Source of the DNA: an uncultured Deferribacteres bacterium
GTDB lineage: Bacteria; Zhuqueibacterota; JdFR-76; BMS3Abin05
Assembly: GCA_964579725.1 (NCBI GenBank)
Contig: CAZOHG010000009.1
Coordinates: 16,058 to 80,057, forward strand
Direction of reading: 5' to 3'
Length of the DNA: 64,000 nt
Both the position numbers and the translations under genes were made by a program. Every line of letters begins with the position of its first letter. Positions within the stretch are counted from its first letter, which is position 1. Of this stretch, positions 58,335 through 64,000 are shown piece after piece. Below the pieces are notes generated by a model, which ran no database searches, had not been told where the DNA came from, and worked only from the letters and a program-made list of their open reading frames with translations.

Positions 58335-59231
58335 ATGAACAATAATCGCTATCAGGCCAACAAACGGTGGCGCATTATTGATCTGATTCAGTGGACGACG
58401 CAGTTCTTCGAAAAGCGGCACATTGAGAATCCTCGTTTGAATGCGGAACGCCTGTTGAGCAGGGCGATTGGGCTGGACCGTGTTCAATTGTACCTCCAAT
58501 TTGAAAAGATTTTGACCCACAATGAATTGGATGTTTTCCGCGCTTTTGTGAAACGGCGAATCAGCAAAGAGCCTCTGCAATACATTTTAGGCGAAACGGA
58601 ATTCATGTCGCTGAAGTTTAAGGTAAGTCCTTCGGTGCTCATCCCGCGCCCGGACACCGAGGCGTTGGTGGAGGCTGTCTTGCAGGAAACCGCCTCGGAG
58701 GAGCCGCTTCACATTTTGGACATCGGTACAGGATCGGGAAACATTGCCGTCAGTTTAGCCCACTATTTGAGCGGGGCACAGATTACGGCGGTCGATGTTT
58801 CGGAAGAGGCACTGGAATTGGCTCGTGAAAACGCCGCTCTGAACGCGGTGGACGCCCGTATTCATTTTATTCAGGAGGATGTTTTTTCGCCGGATTTCCC
58901 CCTGCGGGTCGGCACCGATTTTGACATCGTTGTGTCCAATCCGCCCTACATCTCGGAGGATGAATTTTTCACCCTGCCCGAGGAAGTCCGCCTTTTTGAG
59001 CCGCACCGGGCGCTTCGGGACGGCTCGGACGGGTTGACTTTTCACCGGCGTATTGCCGAACTCGGCGGAGAGCTGCTTCGGGACGGCGGTAAAATTTATC
59101 TGGAAGTTGGCATGGAGCAAGCCGCGCGCGTGAGGCAAATTCTACAAGAAATCGGATTCGAGGCCGTTTCCACGGTTCAAGACCTAACCGGAATCGATCG
59201 CGTGGTCCTTGCAAAGAAAAAATCCAATTAA
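58335..59231 (+). CDS. prmC: Release factor glutamine N5-methyltransferase PrmC/HemK (alternative TTG start at 58308)
   Basis: PLQYILGETEFMSLKFKVSPSVLIPRPDTE, LDIGTGSGNIAV and VSNPPYI. Confidence 0.9.
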   Translation: MNNNRYQANKRWRIIDLIQWTTQFFEKRHIENPRLNAERLLSRAIGLDRVQLYLQFEKILTHNELDVFRAFVKRRISKEPLQYILGETEFMSLKFKVSPSVLIPRPDTEALVEAVLQETASEEPLHILDIGTGSGNIAVSLAHYLSGAQITAVDVSEEALELARENAALNAVDARIHFIQEDVFSPDFPLRVGTDFDIVVSNPPYISEDEFFTLPEEVRLFEPHRALRDGSDGLTFHRRIAELGGELLRDGGKIYLEVGMEQAARVRQILQEIGFEAVSTVQDLTGIDRVVLAKKKSN

Positions 59232-59245
59232 AACGGAGGGCTTTC

Positions 59246-60631
59246 ATGAACCCTAATATTTTTCGCGAATACGACGTTCGCGGCATTGTGGAAACCGATT
59301 TAACGGACGATGTGGTCGAAGCGCTCGGAAAAGCGTACGGGACGTACATGGCGCGCCAGGGTTTTCGGAATTTTTCCGTTGGCTGCGATGTGCGGTTGAG
59401 CTCGGAACGGTTGAAGGCGGCTTTGATTAAGGGCATCCGTTCCACTGGCGGCAATGTAACCGACATCGGCGTTGTGCCCACCCCGGTTCTCTATTTTTCT
59501 ATTGCGCATTTGAAAAAAGACGGTGGGGTAATGGTAACCGGAAGCCACAATCCCATTGAGTACAACGGATTCAAAATGAACATCGGCCTGGGGTCGGTTT
59601 ACGGGGAAGAAATTCAAAAACTCCGCCGATTAATTGAAGCCAATGACTTCGAGAAGGGCGACGGACGCTACGAAAAGCAGGACGTGTTGGCCGACTACAA
59701 AACCATGCTGAAGAGCAAAATCAAATTGCCCCGAAAATTGAAGATTGTGATGGACCCCGGCAACGGAACCGGCGGAATGGTAGCCCCCGAGGTTTTCCGC
59801 GATCTGGGAGCAGACGTAGAGTGCATTTTTTGTGAACCCGACGGCCACTTCCCCAACCATTTGCCGGACCCGACCGTGCTCAAATATATCAAGACCTTGC
59901 GGGAGAAGGTCTTGGCCGAGAAGGCGGATATCGGCATCGGGTACGACGGCGATTCGGATCGAATCGGGGTGATTGACGATCGTGGTCGGGTGGTTTTTGC
60001 CGATCGCCTGCTGGCACTTTTGGCGCGGGATGTTTTGAAAAAGCATCCGGGTGCAGAAATTATTTTTGACGTCAAATGCTCGCAGGCATTGTCCGAGGAA
60101 ATTGAAAAATTCGGGGGGAAGCCGCTCATGTGGAAAACCGGCCACGCTTTGTTGAAATCCAAGCTACAAGAGGACAAAGCCCCGCTGGCCGGCGAAATGT
60201 CAGGCCACATGTTTTTTGCCGACGATTATTACGGATTTGACGACGCCCTTTACGTCTCGCTCCGGTTGGCACAGCTCTTGGCCGCTTCAGACCGGCCGCT
60301 TTCAGCTCTGGTGGACGAAATTCCCTCATTTTATTCGACCCCTGAGGTCCGGATTGAGTGTGCGGAGGAGGAAAAATTCACAATCGTGGACGAATTGAAA
60401 GCCTATTTCAAAGCCCGGTACCAAACCATTGACGTGGACGGCGTCCGCGTGTTGTTTGGAGACGGCTGGGGCCTGGTGCGCGCTTCCAACACGCAACCCG
60501 TTTTGGTCCTGCGATTTGAAGCCAAAAGTGAAGAACGTCTCAAGGAAATCATCGATATTTTTGTGCAGAAGCTCAGGGAATTTCCCTCGGTAAAATTGGA
60601 TTTAGAAGAATTTACCATTGTGAAAGCCTGA
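59246..60631 (+). CDS. Phosphomannomutase/phosphoglucomutase
   Basis: VTGSHNPIEYNGFKM (phosphoserine loop), GYDGDSDR (Mg site) and GEMSGHMFF (sugar-binding loop). Confidence 0.92.
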   Translation: MNPNIFREYDVRGIVETDLTDDVVEALGKAYGTYMARQGFRNFSVGCDVRLSSERLKAALIKGIRSTGGNVTDIGVVPTPVLYFSIAHLKKDGGVMVTGSHNPIEYNGFKMNIGLGSVYGEEIQKLRRLIEANDFEKGDGRYEKQDVLADYKTMLKSKIKLPRKLKIVMDPGNGTGGMVAPEVFRDLGADVECIFCEPDGHFPNHLPDPTVLKYIKTLREKVLAEKADIGIGYDGDSDRIGVIDDRGRVVFADRLLALLARDVLKKHPGAEIIFDVKCSQALSEEIEKFGGKPLMWKTGHALLKSKLQEDKAPLAGEMSGHMFFADDYYGFDDALYVSLRLAQLLAASDRPLSALVDEIPSFYSTPEVRIECAEEEKFTIVDELKAYFKARYQTIDVDGVRVLFGDGWGLVRASNTQPVLVLRFEAKSEERLKEIIDIFVQKLREFPSVKLDLEEFTIVKA

Positions 60632-60670
60632 CAGGATAGAAAATTTTTGTGCCCAAAAAGCAGACCCCCA

Positions 60671-60695
60671 AAGCCCCCTTGAAAGGGGGCTTTTT
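60671..60695 (+). terminator. Intrinsic terminator after the phosphomannomutase gene
   Basis: Perfect 9-bp stem AAGCCCCCT / AGGGGGCTT with a 4-nt loop, followed by TTTTT. Confidence 0.8.
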
Positions 60696-60710
60696 CATTT
60701 TTACCCAGCA

Positions 60711-60750
60711 ATGGCGTCAGATTGTGATTTTCCCCCGACGCCATTTTTTT
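60711..60750 (+). terminator. Second, tandem intrinsic terminator
   Basis: Stem ATGGCGTC (60711-60718) / GACGCCAT (60737-60744), followed by a T7 run. Confidence 0.65.
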
Positions 60751-61123
60751 GGGGATTGGGATTTCTCGAATTGGTTGCCCCTTGAATCGGCAATTTTGGG
60801 CGAAATGCTTCCTCACAAAAATCCCAATTTTTTCAACCCAACAGGGTAAAATAAATGAGCCCAAGGGAAAGCCCCGGGTTGAAAACCAAACGCCCAACAC
60901 CACTCAAGCCCCGAAGGAGCCCCTAAGATCCCCGTTTTGCACCCGAAAAATGGCCGCGGGATGGTACCCTTTTCCCCCTGTTTTTTGGGGAGAAAGCTGT
61001 TGAGATTTTGACGGGGGCGTTATTAATAAAATCCAAATGGATTGGTTCTCGCGCATTTTTTTAATTCCTAAAACTGCCGGTTGCTTTTAAAAATCGGAAA
61101 GGAAAAATTTCTCAAAAAAATCC

Positions 61124-61156
61124 TTGACAATGCTTTGCTAAAAAGTTAAATTAAAT
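61124..61156 (+). promoter_or_regulatory. Promoter for the LacI-family gene: TTGACA-N17-TAAATT(AAAT)
   Basis: TTGACA at 61124-61129, 17-nt spacer, TAAATTAAAT at 61147-61156. Confidence 0.6.
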
Positions 61157-61163
61157 TTACAAA

Positions 61164-61173
61164 CAATCGATTG
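61164..61173. promoter_or_regulatory. Perfect 10-bp palindrome CAATCGATTG just downstream of the -10 (candidate LacI-family operator)
   Basis: CAATCGATTG is self-complementary with a central CG, as in LacI/CcpA-type operators. It lies 8 nt after the TAAATTAAAT element. Confidence 0.45.
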
Positions 61174-61313
61174 CGAATGAATTTTCTGTTTTTTCTGAAT
61201 TTGGATTTCCAAATCGTCCAATTTTAGGGGGATTGAAAACAACGGCCAAAATTTTTGTGAGGGGGGAGTAACTTTCCGGCTTTCATTTTCCTAAAATTCG
61301 GGAGGAGGTTTCA

Positions 61314-62342
61314 TTGCGAGCAACCATAAAAGATATTGCTCGAGAAGTTGGTGTGCACCCCTCAACGGTTTCCCGCGTTCTGAATGGCAAGGCAGAAATC
61401 TACCACATTCGGCGAGAGACCATCGAAAGAATCAAACGGGTGGCAAAAGAGCTGAACTACAAACCCAATGAAATCGCCCGAGGATTTCGCCTGAAAAAAA
61501 CGCACACCATTGGATTAATCATCCCCGACATTTCCAACCCGTTTTTCTCCCGAATTTCCCGCAGTATTGAACAAGAGGCCTACCGAAACAACTACAGTGT
61601 CATCCTTTGTAGTACCGACGAGAACCAAACGCGCGAAAACGACTCGATTCAAATGCTCATCAGTAAGCGAATCGACGGACTTATTTTGGTTCCCGTGCAG
61701 GATGACGATTCCCAAATTCGAGAATTAAAAGAAGAAAAATTTCCCCTTGTGCTGGTGGACCGCATTTTTGAAGATATTGAAACCTTTGCCGTGATTACGG
61801 ACAGCTTTCAGGACGCCTACAAGGCAACTCAATATTTTATTGACAATGGGCACAAAAAAATCGGTTTTATTAGCGGGCGTAGCAATATCTACACGATTAA
61901 AAATCGCTTGGCCGGTTACCGCGCCTGTTTGACCGACAACGGCCTTCCCTTTAAGGACGAATGGGTCTCTCCCGGAGGCTTTTTATTGGATTCGGGTTAC
62001 CGCGGGATGAAATCCATTTTGGAACTTCCCGACCGGCCAACAGCCGTGTTGGCTTCCGGCAACCTGGTGACCATTGGAACCATTAAGGCGATTCTTGAAA
62101 ATCAATTTAAAATTCCCGACGATATGTCCATTATTGCTTTCGCGGATATGCATTCCACCCCCTATTTTGTCGCTCCGCTCACCGTCATTTCGCACCCGTT
62201 GGAGCTGATTGGGAAAGAGGCTTTTCGTTTGCTGAAGTCAGCGATGGACAACCGGGAGCTTCCACCGACTACCGTGAAACTTTCCACGGAATTTATTGTT
62301 CGGAATTCGGTTCGAAATATTCAAAACGTGGCCGTTTCTTAG
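61314..62342 (+). CDS. LacI-family transcriptional regulator
   Basis: The N-terminal HTH is ATIKDIAREVGVHPSTVSRVLNG. A periplasmic-binding-protein-like sugar-binding core follows. TTG start with GGGAGGAGG RBS. Confidence 0.9.
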   Translation: MRATIKDIAREVGVHPSTVSRVLNGKAEIYHIRRETIERIKRVAKELNYKPNEIARGFRLKKTHTIGLIIPDISNPFFSRISRSIEQEAYRNNYSVILCSTDENQTRENDSIQMLISKRIDGLILVPVQDDDSQIRELKEEKFPLVLVDRIFEDIETFAVITDSFQDAYKATQYFIDNGHKKIGFISGRSNIYTIKNRLAGYRACLTDNGLPFKDEWVSPGGFLLDSGYRGMKSILELPDRPTAVLASGNLVTIGTIKAILENQFKIPDDMSIIAFADMHSTPYFVAPLTVISHPLELIGKEAFRLLKSAMDNRELPPTTVKLSTEFIVRNSVRNIQNVAVS

Positions 62343-62352
62343 GAGCTGTTCT

Positions 62353-63048
62353 ATGAAGAAATTGCTTTTTTGGGCGTTTTTGGCTTTTTATTTTGTTGGA
62401 AGTGCCTTTGGGCAGGAAACCAATCGGTACGGTATTTCTGCAACGGCTGGAGCGGGAATTCCGGTTATGGGAATGAGGCAGTGGTATCATGTCACTCCGC
62501 AATTGGGAATTCAAGCCCTATTTGAAACCTCCCCCAATACGCAAGTTGTTTTTGAATTTCATTTCATGCACTTTAAGCACGGGGCTATTGAGAAAAGGAA
62601 ATTTCAATGGCTGGTGGACGATCGCTATTATTCCTGCCCAAAGGCATCTGCGCACATGGTTTGGAATGATGTCCTATTGAGTTTGCGAACGTTTCTTCCC
62701 AATAAGTCGTTTTCGGTGGCGGGACGACGTTTGATTCCCTATTTTTCGTATGGCGCAGGATTGTACAATTACACGCACCATGTAAGCGGCCTCATTTACC
62801 CGGGGCAGCCGCGGGAACCCTTAAACCCGAATTTTCTCATGGAACCTGTGTCTGACCGGCGAGTAGCTTGGGGAGCCACTGTAGGAACTGGCTTTTCTGC
62901 CGTTTGGTCGAAACGGATGGCCGGTACAATTCAAATCAACTACCATGTCGTGGTGGGGTACATGCGTCCATTTGAGGATTGGGGATTTGATGAAATTTTC
63001 CCGTTACAGTTTTTTGATGTGCGGGTGGGATGGAGCTATTTTTTTTAG
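62353..63048 (+). CDS. Outer-membrane beta-barrel protein (porin-like), hypothetical
   Basis: The ATG at 62353 has AGGAG. Signal peptide MKKLLFWAFLAFYFVGSAFGQ. The sequence has alternating amphipathic beta-strand character and a C-terminal aromatic beta-signal ...VRVGWSYFF. Confidence 0.6.
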   Translation: MKKLLFWAFLAFYFVGSAFGQETNRYGISATAGAGIPVMGMRQWYHVTPQLGIQALFETSPNTQVVFEFHFMHFKHGAIEKRKFQWLVDDRYYSCPKASAHMVWNDVLLSLRTFLPNKSFSVAGRRLIPYFSYGAGLYNYTHHVSGLIYPGQPREPLNPNFLMEPVSDRRVAWGATVGTGFSAVWSKRMAGTIQINYHVVVGYMRPFEDWGFDEIFPLQFFDVRVGWSYFF

Positions 63049-63138
63049 AAGAGACAAAAATCGTGAAATCCGCTCAACAGGGGTCTGAAATCTTGATCCA
63101 GTGCGGGAAATAGAAAACCCAAAAAAAGGAGGAAAACC

Positions 63139-64000
63139 ATGAGAAAATGGGTAATGATTTGGTTGGTCATTGGCCTGATTTTTGGTTTTGCCAATGCTCA
63201 GGCCCAATGGCACGAGAGTTTTTCGACAAATGCAACACCCGATGCAAATGGCAAAATAAAAAGCGATCTGACGTGGCAATGGTGGGCTTGGGGTACGGCA
63301 GCTGCAGCTGACGGGGCTTTACAGCTTACAGGCGCAAAAGACCCTTTCGGCAACACGACATGCTGGGTTCAAATTGATCAAAGTGTAGATGCCAATGCAG
63401 CCATCACTCCGACTGATTATGAAATGTATGTAAAAGTGAAAATTACCACGGCCAGCAAACAGGATAATGACGATCAATTCCACGTGGCTGCCCAAATTGA
63501 TCCCGATTTTATGAGCAATCTCAACGTGTACACCGTTGTTTCGGTTCCGAAAGATAATGCTATCGGCATTTATTATTTTGCCGAAGACAAGACCGAAATT
63601 GCTAATGTAAATCCAGCCATCACGTACGACAAGCCCTATTGGGAAAAAATTAAGGTGCAAAATGGAAATATTTCCGTTTGGGTTTTTGCCGACGGGGCTG
63701 CTCCGGCGGCGGATCCGGATATACAATACACCCAGACAACAGTGGCCTCTCCGGCTCCCACGCTTATCATGGTAGGTTCTTTCTACAACGATTCGTCAAA
63801 AGTTTCCATTGACGAGGTTTATTACAATGAGGCTCCGCCGGCGTTGGCCGTCAATGAAAATCCGACTTCTGTGGCAAACGATTTTTCGCTGGAACAAAAT
63901 TATCCGAATCCCTTCAATCCGACGACCTCCATTACCTACAGTCTGAAAACACGAGAAAAAACCACCCTACGTGTGTACAACGCTGAAGGGAAACTCATGA
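63139..64000 (+). CDS. Secreted hypothetical protein with a T9SS C-terminal sorting domain (3' partial; not in the ORF track because no stop is reached)
   Basis: ATG at 63139 after AAAGGAGGAAAA. My translation is MRKWVMIWLVIGLIFGFANAQAQWHESFS...KIKVQNGNISVWVFADG... then FSLEQNYPNPFNPTTSITYSLKTREKTTLRVYNAEGKL, running to the window end. Confidence 0.7.
   Translation, partial: MRKWVMIWLVIGLIFGFANAQAQWHESFSTNATPDANGKIKSDLTWQWWAWGTAAAADGALQLTGAKDPFGNTTCWVQIDQSVDANAAITPTDYEMYVKVKITTASKQDNDDQFHVAAQIDPDFMSNLNVYTVVSVPKDNAIGIYYFAEDKTEIANVNPAITYDKPYWEKIKVQNGNISVWVFADGAAPAADPDIQYTQTTVASPAPTLIMVGSFYNDSSKVSIDEVYYNEAPPALAVNENPTSVANDFSLEQNYPNPFNPTTSITYSLKTREKTTLRVYNAEGKLM

Noticed and set aside
60403-61003. 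ORFs 60403..60903 (minus, 166 aa), 60649..60849 and 60749..61003 in the region downstream of the phosphomannomutase gene
   Set aside because: They mutually overlap and span two intrinsic terminators. Their sequences are Pro/Gly/Phe/Lys-rich nonsense with no RBS. I treat them as non-coding.
1-64000. Search for CRISPR arrays, rRNA, tRNA, IS elements, integrases, and toxin-antitoxin or multi-gene defence islands
   Set aside because: I saw no regularly spaced repeats beyond two-copy short repeats, no rRNA or tRNA signatures, and no transposase, integrase or recombinase motifs. Apart from the R-M pair, no gene cluster has hallmarks of known defence systems.

Overview
This is a gene-dense 64-kb chromosomal segment with about 53 protein-coding genes and roughly 50% GC by eye. 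The organism uses the type IX secretion system: four ORFs end in the NYPNPFNP-type Por/T9SS C-terminal sorting domain. That points to an FCB-superphylum bacterium (Bacteroidota, Ignavibacteriota or Calditrichota-like). Most of the content is housekeeping: fba, thrC, rnr, etfBA, yebC-ruvCAB-queA, ispDF-dedA-gltX, galT, and rpmE-DUF1385-prfA-prmC-phosphomannomutase. Other content includes exported peptidases (tricorn-like, C1/PepC-like), an OPT peptide transporter, GH2 and GH31 glycosidases, metal modules (FetAB-like exporter, ArsR plus ferritin-VIT1), an FG-GAP-sensor histidine kinase with an NtrC-type sigma-54 activator, and a LacI regulator. I found no rRNA, tRNA, CRISPR array, transposase or integrase. 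The only clearly accessory element is a 1.7-kb type II restriction-modification cassette bounded by a perfect 19-bp direct repeat. Other items worth follow-up are: (1) a translationally coupled radical-SAM and NifX-like pair whose carrier protein ends in a His/Glu patch plus a G-x-G-R repeat tail; (2) an apparent operon of a 49-aa miniprotein plus three membrane serine proteases (SDH, rhomboid, SDH paralogue); (3) a recurrent promoter architecture TTGnnn-N17-TAAATT(AAAT); (4) a frameshifted T9SS cargo gene; (5) several unusually long non-coding spacers. I did not find an unambiguous novel multi-gene defence-type system. The candidates are ranked in the findings with caveats. All calls rest on reading the sequence and on recalled family motifs; no searches were run.
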